From a virus (lineage: Duplodnaviria; Caudoviricetes), in the IMG/VR virus record IMGVR_UViG_3300028593_000003: 64,000 nt of DNA; one strand, given 5' to 3'. A program made the position numbers and the translations under genes. The notes under the pieces are model-generated. The model was not told where the DNA came from and made no database searches. It was given only the letters and a program-made list of their open reading frames with translations. Shown here piece after piece: positions 1 through 8,048 of this stretch. Position 1 is the stretch's first letter. Each line of letters opens with the position of its first letter.

Positions 1-397
1 CTTTCAGTTTGATGATCTCTTCTTTTGCTTCGCGGAGAAGGCCTTTGATTTCCTCATTCAGAACTCCCTCATCAATAGCAAGTCTTACTTTGAATTCCTG
101 AATGACTTCATCATAAAGTTCGCCCTTCTTTGCATATTCCACAACTTTATCAGGCAACTTGAGTTCTTCTTCAAGAACGGTATCTACAAAATTGGAAAAC
201 TTTGATGTGATATCGCCTTTATATTCCTCAAACTTGCCCTCGTATTCCTCGATGAGTTTCTCAGATTCTTCCTTGACAAGCTTGTCTGCTCTCTCACGGG
301 ATTTTACATCCACGATGGCTTCCAGCTTCTCTTTTACGGCTGAAATCTGTGACTCTTCGAGTTTCTCAATACCGAGCACTTTCAAGATTTCTTCCAT
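1..397 (-). CDS. Prohead core/scaffold protein (T4 gp22-like), 3' end runs off the window
   Basis: Not in the ORF track. Manual translation from ATG 397 (RBS GGAGG): MEEILKVLGIEKLEESQISAVKEKLEAIVDVK...SKFSNFVDTVLEEELKL..., an acidic coiled coil. Lies downstream of gp21, as in T4 gene order. Confidence 0.75.
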   Translation of the reverse strand, partial: MEEILKVLGIEKLEESQISAVKEKLEAIVDVKSRERADKLVKEESEKLIEEYEGKFEEYKGDITSKFSNFVDTVLEEELKLPDKVVEYAKKGELYDEVIQEFKVRLAIDEGVLNEEIKGLLREAKEEIIKLK

Positions 398-414
398 CTA
401 CTCTTCCTCCTGTA

Positions 415-834
415 TTATTTTTTACTCTTAGACTCAGAGAGTCTTTTAAGTCTTTTCTTTGGTTTCTTCGATTCGACAACTTCATCTTCGATATCTGCAT
501 ATTCGTCTGCTATGGTATCATCAACCACTTCATCGTCTACTACATCCATTTCGGATGTATCGTCATCAAGATGTGTCTCATCGAAATTCCAATCTCTATC
601 TGTCAGTTCGAATGGAGGTTCGAAGGCCGAGAGAATTTCCTCTCTGATCCTTTTGCCTTCAGCATCAAGAACATTTGGGTCAAGGCTATAGATGAAATTT
701 CCCATCCTATCGAGAAGCTCGTCCATATCAAAGCTTTCTTTCAAACATCGTTTTGGATCTCTCTTGCGAAGCCTCTTTTGATCTTTCGCAAGAAACTCAT
801 CAATTCTATCAAGAATAGACATACTTTCCTCCAT
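415..834 (-). CDS. Acidic hypothetical protein (head module)
   Basis: 139-aa ORF with D/E-rich centre and K-rich tail; alternative start MSILDRIDEFL at 822. Confidence 0.6.
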   Translation of the reverse strand: MEESMSILDRIDEFLAKDQKRLRKRDPKRCLKESFDMDELLDRMGNFIYSLDPNVLDAEGKRIREEILSAFEPPFELTDRDWNFDETHLDDDTSEMDVVDDEVVDDTIADEYADIEDEVVESKKPKKRLKRLSESKSKK

Positions 835-917
835 TTGGAATTATTTATCGGTTTTTTGATTGTTTTGAACAGATTGGTTAAAACACAGGATTATCAAGGG
901 TTTTCAGTTACAGTTTT

Positions 918-1166
918 TTATTTTGGTGTATATTTTTTACATACGCCGTTCAATGATACCCAAAATGTAAGTGTTCCATATTTTCTGGATATTCTTATAT
1001 TTTGTGGATTTACACATCTATTTTTAAATTTGCCTATATCAATGTGAAGGCAGGTTGCACAGACATCGATTTTTCTCTCCTGATATCCGGCCTCGAAATA
1101 TTGTTCATCTTCATAGGTAGTCTCTTTTTCCGCCAAATATTTTTCCACCACTCTCTCTATTTCCAT
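918..1166 (-). CDS. Hypothetical protein with CTS-like N-terminus and Cys motif
   Basis: MEIERVVEKYLAE...; CATC...C...C. Confidence 0.6.
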   Translation of the reverse strand: MEIERVVEKYLAEKETTYEDEQYFEAGYQERKIDVCATCLHIDIGKFKNRCVNPQNIRISRKYGTLTFWVSLNGVCKKYTPK

Positions 1167-1435
1167 TTCAAGCGTGTGCCTTCCCTACTATTTTTTGCTC
1201 CTGTTTTATTTTTTCAACTTACTTCTGAGCGACGCTAATTCTTCCTGTGCAAGTTTTAGATTGGTCTTAATAAGACTTAGATGACTATCGGCATACTCAT
1301 CCGCCTGTTTATCATCTTTTATACTCTTCCAATGTTCCTCGGCTTTTTGATATACTACTTTTTTCCTTTCTATCTTTTTTTGAAGCTCAATAATTTTCTT
1401 TTTGATGGGTTCATTCTGTTTGGCCTTCTTCTCAT

Positions 1436-1600
1436 CCGTTCTCCAATACCTACCAGAATCTACCATGAGATTCTGCGCTTGGTTCCTGCTTCAAAGAGGC
1501 TGCCAACGATACTGCTGTTGGTCTTATATCACTCTCCACAGGCGTAACTTTCCGAGGAACTCTCGGTAGTTTTGCTGCTAAATTCTTGAGATTGATGGCT
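1436..1600 (-). ncRNA. Predicted TnpB omegaRNA (reRNA) scaffold at the IS right end
   Basis: Expected position overlapping the tnpB 3' end; perfect 8-bp hairpin CAGAATCT-N6-AGATTCTG at 1454-1475. The 5' boundary is a guess. Confidence 0.5.
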
Positions 1601-2688
1601 GCGTTTAGGTCGCGGTCATGTATTGCACCACAGTCGCAAGTCCACTCCCTATCTGATAACTTCAACTCCGAGTTGATGCAACCACAATGCCTGCATAGAC
1701 GCGAAGATGGGAAAAATCTGTCGGCGACTATCAATTCGGAGCCGTACCAAACTGTCTTGTATTCCAGTTGCCTGCGAAACTCAGCAAATCCAACATCGCT
1801 GATTGCCTGTGCCAAGCAATGATTTGCCAACATCCCAGATACATTTAGGTCTTCAAGCACAACTACACTTGGACGTTCATTATCGGGTTTGGTTTTCGCA
1901 ACGATAACAGACGTTGATTTGTGTAGTGTGTCACGGCGTATGTTGGCTATCCGTTGATGCGCTTTGGCAACTTTCTTCCGTGTCTTTTCTCGATTCTTTC
2001 CACCTTTCTTTCGGCGCGACAGTTCGCGTTGAAGCCGCCTGAGTTTAGCCTGTGCCTTCTTTAATGGCTTCGGATTCTCGAATCTCTGCCCATCAGAAAC
2101 CACAGCCAATTCCTTAACGCCCAAATCAACGCCTATGGGTTCTCCGATTGCCTGGGTAGCCTCAATCTCTTGTTTGCATTGAACACTTACAAACCATCGC
2201 CCTGCCGATTCTGAAACGGTGACAGATAAAATATGGATGCCATCAGCCGGGATGTAGCCGTGTTCTTTTAGCCTGAGCCAGCCAATACGAGGAAGTTTAA
2301 TGTGTGTCTCAGTGATGTGAATTGCGCCAGTCAGTCTAAAACTTCCAATACCATTCTTGCGACTTTTGAACCTTGGGAAGCCCGGTTTTTTTTCATTCTT
2401 CACACGGCGGAAGAAGTTTTGATATGCCTTGTCCAAATCGCGCAGGGCTTCTTGTGGAGCAGCTTTTGAAACTTCGTAAAGCCAGGGGAAATCTGTCTTT
2501 TTCAATGCGTTCAACTGCCGGTGTTGCTCTATAGCATTGCTGGACTTACCGGTTTCCTCATATTCCTGCTTTCGTCTTGCAAGTCCCCAGTTCCAAGCAA
2601 AGCGAGCAGCGCCCGCATGTTTCAGCAATGCAGTTCGTTGAACATTGTTGGGGTCAAGCTCGGTTTTGTAGGCTCTAAGAATTTCCAT
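1450..2688 (-). CDS. tnpB: RNA-guided endonuclease TnpB
   Basis: Probable start MEILRAYKTELDPN; RuvC motifs IGVDLG, VLEDLNV, DRDLNAAIN; zinc finger CRHCG...CDCG. Confidence 0.95.
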   Translation of the reverse strand: MEILRAYKTELDPNNVQRTALLKHAGAARFAWNWGLARRKQEYEETGKSSNAIEQHRQLNALKKTDFPWLYEVSKAAPQEALRDLDKAYQNFFRRVKNEKKPGFPRFKSRKNGIGSFRLTGAIHITETHIKLPRIGWLRLKEHGYIPADGIHILSVTVSESAGRWFVSVQCKQEIEATQAIGEPIGVDLGVKELAVVSDGQRFENPKPLKKAQAKLRRLQRELSRRKKGGKNREKTRKKVAKAHQRIANIRRDTLHKSTSVIVAKTKPDNERPSVVVLEDLNVSGMLANHCLAQAISDVGFAEFRRQLEYKTVWYGSELIVADRFFPSSRLCRHCGCINSELKLSDREWTCDCGAIHDRDLNAAINLKNLAAKLPRVPRKVTPVESDIRPTAVSLAASLKQEPSAESHGRFW

Positions 2689-3301
2689 CAGTCTTTTTCT
2701 TCCTACGTTCTGCACTTCTGCGACCATAGATTTTTGCGCTGAATGACGAAAGCAATGAAAGCATATCCTCGACCAACTCAGCCTCGTAGGATTTTGGCAA
2801 TACTTCTTCACACCATTCTACGGCAACACCGTGACTCTCAAATAGTCTGACAAAGATTGAGAAATTGAAACGAGCCAATCTATCCTTGTGTTCAATGACA
2901 ACTCGATTGATTTTCTGCTCGATAGCCAAGTCAAATAACCTGTGCAACTTTGGGCGGCTGTCGTTCATGCCTGATAGCGTTTCCTCAAAAACATAGCCAA
3001 CTCGATATTGTTTGTTGGCACAGTATTCAAGCACTCGCAACTTTTGGCGTTCTAAGTCGCCTTTCTGTTTCTGGTCGTGGCTGCTGACACGGGTATAAAC
3101 CGCAACACAATCATTTGGCGGATTGTCTTCTGATACTACACCTTGAAGTTGCTCAATATCTTCAATGCGGTATCTCCGATGTCCGCCCTTTGTACGTTCT
3201 GCTTTCAATGCGCCAGAATCGTCCCACGCTCGGAGCGTAGAGATTCCGACACCCAAAAGTTCAGCGGCTTTCGCTATCCCGATTAGTCTCTTGCTCGTCA
3301 T
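2675..3301 (-). CDS. tnpA: IS607 transposase (MerR-type HTH + serine recombinase)
   Basis: AAELLGVGISTLRAWD...TKGGHRRY; YTRVSSHDQK..DLERQ; EHKDRLARF; ELVEDMLSLLSSFSAKIYGRRS. Confidence 0.95.
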   Translation of the reverse strand: MTSKRLIGIAKAAELLGVGISTLRAWDDSGALKAERTKGGHRRYRIEDIEQLQGVVSEDNPPNDCVAVYTRVSSHDQKQKGDLERQKLRVLEYCANKQYRVGYVFEETLSGMNDSRPKLHRLFDLAIEQKINRVVIEHKDRLARFNFSIFVRLFESHGVAVEWCEEVLPKSYEAELVEDMLSLLSSFSAKIYGRRSAERRKKKTDGNS

Positions 3302-3458
3302 CCAGTTCCTTCTCGAAAAGTTCTCGCCAATGGTCGTAGATGCGCTGAAATTCCTCATTGGTGGGAACTTCATCGAGTTCAAACGGGTGTTGGTAAACCC
3401 GCCCGTCGTCAAGTTCAAACTCAGTCTTGGTTACTCGTGTGACCATCGCTCGTTTCAT
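3261..3458 (-). CDS. Small acidic passenger ORF inside the IS607 left end
   Basis: 65 aa; strong RBS GGAGGTG directly after a consensus promoter; overlaps the tnpA start. Confidence 0.6.
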   Translation of the reverse strand: MKRAMVTRVTKTEFELDDGRVYQHPFELDEVPTNEEFQRIYDHWRELFEKELDDEQETNRDSESR

Positions 3459-3470
3459 CCTTCACCTCCA

Positions 3471-3499
3471 ATTATACTAAAAGATTTTGGTAGTGTCAA
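3471..3499 (-). promoter_or_regulatory. Consensus sigma70 promoter of IS607
   Basis: TTGACA-N17-TATAAT, adjacent to the TAATCTAC repeats (likely TnpA sites). Confidence 0.85.
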
Positions 3500-3603
3500 G
3501 TAGATTATAGTAGATTATCTACTAACTGTTCCTACCCTTTCTTTTTGGCTTAGGCCAAAAATTTCACCAAGATATCTTTCCATTATCAAATCTACTTTAT
3601 CCA

Positions 3604-4038
3604 TTATATGTTTCTCCCTGTTGTGAACTTTACTTTATACTCAAAAAGGTCTTTCAATGTGCTGAGACTTTTCCAGAGATAGGTATAGGCCTCATGTATT
3701 GTTTCGTATTCCTCATCATCAAAAAAACCATCCCGCCACATTGCTTTCAACGAATTGAGGTTCCTTTCCATTTCATTGTCAAACTTTCTTATACTGGAAA
3801 CCATATTGGCCAATGCCATCGGGGCGCTTGCCTCATTCATCTCATATTGTTTCGATTCTGGAAATGTGACATCGCCGGTGAAGGTGGTTTCAACGGAACC
3901 GCTGATATACTTGTCCATCAGTTGATAGGCCTTTTTGGTTTTCTTCTTGGCCTGATAAAACTCCGGAAACTTTTTCCTGAGCATATCGTCAATTTTCTCT
4001 TCCTTGCCCATTTTTCCACCCTCTATTTCCGTGTTCAT
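3604..4038 (-). CDS. Hypothetical protein
   Basis: 144-aa ORF, TAATG-coupled on both sides. Confidence 0.6.
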   Translation of the reverse strand: MNTEIEGGKMGKEEKIDDMLRKKFPEFYQAKKKTKKAYQLMDKYISGSVETTFTGDVTFPESKQYEMNEASAPMALANMVSSIRKFDNEMERNLNSLKAMWRDGFFDDEEYETIHEAYTYLWKSLSTLKDLFEYKVKFTTGRNI

Positions 4039-4673
4039 TACTTCATCCCCCTCTCGATATCAGCAATAACTTGCCAGATTTTCTTGTAATACTCTTTCTG
4101 CGCCTCTTTCAGGGAGATTTTTGGCTGCTCGATAACAGGCTCTTCGACAACCTTTTCCTTTTTTGGTGGTTCAAAGTCCTGGCCTTCATAGATACCATTT
4201 ACCCAAGACGGGTGATTGGACGGGTCTGTAACCATATCCCAAGTGATGAGATAAAAGTCCTCATTGACATAACCATTCTCATTGACGGAACCGAGGCCTC
4301 TGGAAGAAATACCCATTCTGCCTTCTTTGATAAGGGTCTTGGCAATATTTCCCATCGGAGTATCAAGAACTTTTGACCTCCCGATTACATTCGGGCCATC
4401 CCAATCAAGCTTTTCAGTCAGAATGGCAATCTTGTCAGGATTGATTTCAGGATTTGGTGGGTGACCAAGTTCGCCCCAAAGGCTCCTGTTCGTCAATCTC
4501 TCTTCCAGCTTGCCAATTTCTCTTTCGAGAATATCTTTGGAATATATCCTCTTGTTGTTGTTCTCTTGATCGGCTGTGCTGTAGATGCCAGTAATGTAAA
4601 GAGATTTCCCTTTCTGTTCAGACTCCTCCACAATAAACTCAATATTGTGGGAGAGCTCGGTAATAAGCTTCAT
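4038..4673 (-). CDS. Prohead core protease (T4 gp21-like)
   Basis: MKLITE start; NNNKRIY, GELGHP, GISSRGLGS, WDMVTDPS. Confidence 0.95.
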   Translation of the reverse strand: MKLITELSHNIEFIVEESEQKGKSLYITGIYSTADQENNNKRIYSKDILEREIGKLEERLTNRSLWGELGHPPNPEINPDKIAILTEKLDWDGPNVIGRSKVLDTPMGNIAKTLIKEGRMGISSRGLGSVNENGYVNEDFYLITWDMVTDPSNHPSWVNGIYEGQDFEPPKKEKVVEEPVIEQPKISLKEAQKEYYKKIWQVIADIERGMK

Positions 4674-4712
4674 TTTCTTTTCCTCCCAGTTTCTTTACAC
4701 GAACAAATAAAA

Positions 4713-5063
4713 TTACTCGTTCCCGGCACCAACTGTTTTCAGAATACGGATAGGTGTGGTCTTGATGACATTGATGACCTGCGCAATTCTCTGATTGTTG
4801 GGGAATTTCGTTACAAGTTCGTGTGCGAGAGACATTGCTTTCGCAAACTTTGCTGGTGTATTTGCCATTGTGAGATAGTATTTCAATCTCTTGAGGCCCT
4901 GTGTAATACTGCCGGCATCCCTTGTTGGATCGTAGGTGCCTGGTACTGAACTGGCTACAGGCGGATAAAGTTTTTGATCACCGGCTGAAAATTCCTGTGG
5001 CTCCGGTTCATCAAAAACTCCTTCCTTCAAATACATATCAATTTTTTCCTCGATCTTTTTCAT
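4713..5063 (-). CDS. Hypothetical protein with CTS-like N-terminus
   Basis: MKKIEEKIDMYLKE... Confidence 0.6.
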   Translation of the reverse strand: MKKIEEKIDMYLKEGVFDEPEPQEFSAGDQKLYPPVASSVPGTYDPTRDAGSITQGLKRLKYYLTMANTPAKFAKAMSLAHELVTKFPNNQRIAQVINVIKTTPIRILKTVGAGNE

Positions 5064-5245
5064 TTCTTCTTCTTGTCCTCCGCTGGTTTTTGTTTCGGTT
5101 TCTCTATATCTTTTGACAAGCCGAGCTTGTTCTTCAGATATTCATTCTTTGCCTGCTTGACAACATCCTTTACTACCTCTTTGGCAGTAATAAAATCGTC
5201 ATTCTCAAAAGAATCCAAAGCTTTTTTAACGTCTTTTTCGTCCAT
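5060..5245 (-). CDS. Small prohead core protein (gp67-like)
   Basis: Start MDEKDVKKALDSFENDDFITAK with RBS AAGGAG; lies between portal and gp21. Confidence 0.55.
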   Translation of the reverse strand: MDEKDVKKALDSFENDDFITAKEVVKDVVKQAKNEYLKNKLGLSKDIEKPKQKPAEDKKKK

Positions 5246-5255
5246 AACACACTCC

Positions 5256-5510
5256 TTATTTTTTGGCTGCCTTTTCTCTTTCTCTTTCAGCCTTTGCTTT
5301 TTCCTGATAACTCTCGATTCTCTTCTGCAGAGTTTCGATGTGGGCCTGTCCTCTTTTACGGATTTGCTCTTTCCTGTCAGGATCGTCCGTATCCTCCACA
5401 GCCCGACTGACCAGTTCACGGGTATCCCGTATCTGTTTTCTCAAAAGGCTAATAGTATCCGAGTAATCAGCTTCCATAAGATATCTTTTCATAACTCTGT
5501 TAACTTCCAT
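5256..5510 (-). CDS. Coiled-coil hypothetical protein with CTS-like N-terminus
   Basis: MEVNRVMKRYLMEA..., RBS GAGGTG. Confidence 0.6.
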   Translation of the reverse strand: MEVNRVMKRYLMEADYSDTISLLRKQIRDTRELVSRAVEDTDDPDRKEQIRKRGQAHIETLQKRIESYQEKAKAEREREKAAKK

Positions 5511-5527
5511 CAGACACACCTCTGATA

Positions 5528-5545
5528 TATTTATAATTATTTATA
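5528..5545 (-). promoter_or_regulatory. Two tandem T4-type late promoters
   Basis: TATAAATA at 5528-5535 and 5538-5545 (minus), intergenic. Confidence 0.75.
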
Positions 5546-5552
5546 TATTTTA

Positions 5553-8048
5553 TCAGTCTTTTCTCCTGTTTATAAAATCTATTGACATTTGAATAATATA
5601 TTTGAACATCTCATTCAATTTTGTATCTTGGTGAGATTCCAGCTGCAAACAAGTTTGAAAATCCTTGTGAAACTGAATTGTATCTTGAACTGTCGAGCCT
5701 TTACCTCCCTTTGGTCGCAGCGTTTGAACACCTATCAAAAACTCTTTACCTTCCCTATCAATTCCATAGATGTTTGCATATCCTGAAGATGATAATCCCC
5801 TCACTTTTTTTCCTTCCGTATCGAAATCATCATCATCTTCAACATCGGTGCTACTACATTTGACTTCTGAAACTCTTATATGCTTCCAGAAATCCTGCTT
5901 ATCTTTCTTTGTTTTCAAACCAAGACATTTGGAAAAGGTTTCTGTATTCCCCACAGTCGCAGTATCACCATCTGTCAATCCGGTTATTGTTCTGGTAACC
6001 TCCTGACCGTTTACTATTCTCGTAAATCTTTCAACCTGCTTTTCCTTACCTTTTTCTTTAACCGTGACCATCTTCCTTTCCCACGGATTACCCTGTTCAT
6101 CGTATCTTATTCTACTATTATTTTTCCCCATATTCAATTCAAAATACTTTGCTGGTATTCCACCAACATTGTGCCCGGAAACAATATGACCGTGAAACCT
6201 GTCTATAAACAATTTGGAAAAATATTCGTCGCCTTTACCTTTGAGGGCTTTATTCATTTCTTTTCTCGCCTCATTTTGTAGCATATGCTGTTCCTGATAT
6301 TTCCCGGCCATAGCCTTTTCATCAAATGGCGCAATTCTGCTTGCAACTTTACTCATTTCTTTTGAAACATCAATTGTATCGTCCACTACACTTGCTTTCA
6401 ATTCATTAACATATGAGAGAAGTATTTTTTTCTCCTCTTCATCAGTCAATGGTGGTTTATATGTTCCTGTTTTACTATTAAAAGTCCGGCCTTTTATAGG
6501 TGTATCACCTTCATAATATCTCTTGACTATCGAATTCCAATATTTTGCTGGTTCATCTCCTGTACTTGATTTTTTTATTTCATCTATGAGCTTTTTTCTT
6601 TCATTTGGTTTCAAAGCTCTCTGATAAAGTTTATCATATTCTTTGCTGATGACCCCCTCTACTTCTGACTGTTTTTCCTCCAATCTCTTGACAAGTCTAT
6701 CACAGGCTTTCTTGTAGGCATTATATTCTTTTGCTGAGATTTTTCCATCGTTCAAATCCTCTTCCGCATAAGATAACATTTTTTTGACATTCGATACTGG
6801 GCTTGAATTTCCTTGGATATCAGATGTGGATGTCTTATTGGATGTATGAAGAATAACTGCCTTTGGAGGCTTCTGTGAATGATCTATAAGAACTGACATT
6901 GTATCAGTAGGATTATCTCCAGCACCTCCTCCCAAAATGACAGATTTATATTTGTTAAATGATACACCATTTACTTCCACTACTCCCATCTTATCGAGAA
7001 AATCAACTGTGTTTTGTAAAGATTCTTTACTCCCCCAAACGTGAGAAACTGTAGTGGTCTTTGGATTAAATCCATCCTCTTTCATTACTCTTTTTATTCT
7101 TCTATGTTCGGCTTTTGCAGAAATGGCCGCGGCATACGCCGCTTTTTGACTTAATTCCTCTCCATTTTTATAAACAACATCCGTATCTTTTATCTCTTTC
7201 CATAGTTTTTGATAAAGTTGGTTTACATTCATATTTGGATTTTGATGGAGATAAGAAAGACAAGTTCCAATACTCGTTTCATTGATAAATGATGATTTAT
7301 TGCCCGGAGCCTTTGTTCTTCCTTCATATGCCCCCTTCTTTGCGTCACCATCAATTATATCAATTATAGAGCGATCCATACCACCCTTTTCTTTCAGGGT
7401 TTTCAAAACTTTCTCTTGTTTTTTGGTCGCCTTTTCCTTCTCAACCTTTTCAACTTTTGCGGCGTATTTTTTGTAAACATCTTCTGACCAAGCTGGGGCG
7501 CCGGTTTCTCCACCTTCTCCAAATTGGTCGTGGAAATTGTGAAGAAATTTCGATAGCTCTTCTTGTTCCATCCCCTTTAATAAACTATCAAACTTTTTTG
7601 TTTTCTCTTGATCTGTTTCTTTGGATTTGACAATGGAAGAAAATTCTTTATTTTTTATTTTCTTTATCGCGTCTTTCTGGTGATCTGTGATTCCCGCCGG
7701 AGACACGGCCTCTTTAGGTTTTTCCTTTTCTTTTCCAAGTTCCTCTTCGTGTTTTGTCTCTATTTTTTTCGCCTTTGAATCTTTTTGTTTGAGTGGAGCC
7801 CCAAGATGGCTCGCATATACTCCTTCTGGATATCTATCAAGTATATAATTCTGCTCGCCGGCAGACCATTTATTCCATCTTGCTATTTGTTCCGGTGTAA
7901 TTTCCTTTTTCTTTTTATCGCTTGGCTTTTCTTTTGCCGTTGTTTTTTCTTTCGGCTTCAACACACTTACAGGCGCCTTTGACTTTGGCTTTGTGGCCTC
8001 AAAAAAAATATCAGAAATATTTTCTTTTACGAAGTTTCTAAATTTCAT
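5553..8048 (-). CDS. Large K-rich hypothetical protein (831 aa), putative internal head protein
   Basis: Long ORF directly after the portal gene; N-terminus MKFRNFVKE. Confidence 0.7.
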   Translation of the reverse strand: MKFRNFVKENISDIFFEATKPKSKAPVSVLKPKEKTTAKEKPSDKKKKEITPEQIARWNKWSAGEQNYILDRYPEGVYASHLGAPLKQKDSKAKKIETKHEEELGKEKEKPKEAVSPAGITDHQKDAIKKIKNKEFSSIVKSKETDQEKTKKFDSLLKGMEQEELSKFLHNFHDQFGEGGETGAPAWSEDVYKKYAAKVEKVEKEKATKKQEKVLKTLKEKGGMDRSIIDIIDGDAKKGAYEGRTKAPGNKSSFINETSIGTCLSYLHQNPNMNVNQLYQKLWKEIKDTDVVYKNGEELSQKAAYAAAISAKAEHRRIKRVMKEDGFNPKTTTVSHVWGSKESLQNTVDFLDKMGVVEVNGVSFNKYKSVILGGGAGDNPTDTMSVLIDHSQKPPKAVILHTSNKTSTSDIQGNSSPVSNVKKMLSYAEEDLNDGKISAKEYNAYKKACDRLVKRLEEKQSEVEGVISKEYDKLYQRALKPNERKKLIDEIKKSSTGDEPAKYWNSIVKRYYEGDTPIKGRTFNSKTGTYKPPLTDEEEKKILLSYVNELKASVVDDTIDVSKEMSKVASRIAPFDEKAMAGKYQEQHMLQNEARKEMNKALKGKGDEYFSKLFIDRFHGHIVSGHNVGGIPAKYFELNMGKNNSRIRYDEQGNPWERKMVTVKEKGKEKQVERFTRIVNGQEVTRTITGLTDGDTATVGNTETFSKCLGLKTKKDKQDFWKHIRVSEVKCSSTDVEDDDDFDTEGKKVRGLSSSGYANIYGIDREGKEFLIGVQTLRPKGGKGSTVQDTIQFHKDFQTCLQLESHQDTKLNEMFKYIIQMSIDFINRRKD

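Larger units (their letters stand above)
1436..3534 (-). mobile_element. IS607-family insertion sequence (about 2.1 kb)
   Basis: Serine recombinase TnpA plus TnpB; GG dinucleotide at both junctions (3535-3536 and 1436-1437); TAATCTAC/GTAGATT repeats at the ends; right end ...GGTATTGGAGAACGG; no TIR or TSD. Confidence 0.9.
1206..3604 (-). pseudogene. 99-aa coiled-coil gene interrupted by IS607
   Basis: The 5' part from ATG 3604 (MDKVDLIMERYLGEIFGLSQKER) joins in frame to DEKKAKQNEPIKKK... (1435 to 1206) when 1436..3534 is removed at the shared GG. Confidence 0.8.

Noticed and set aside
159-1047. Plus-strand ORFs 159..431 and 349..1047, and many similar ones in the track
   Set aside because: Antisense to well-supported minus-strand genes, with shadow-like composition.
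2688-3418. Longer ORF-track starts for tnpB (2811) and tnpA (3418)
   Set aside because: The extensions overlap upstream genes and precede the family N-terminal motifs.
1436-3534. IStron (IS607 fused to a group I intron)
   Set aside because: Only about 75 nt lie between the left end and the first ORF, too short for a ribozyme core.
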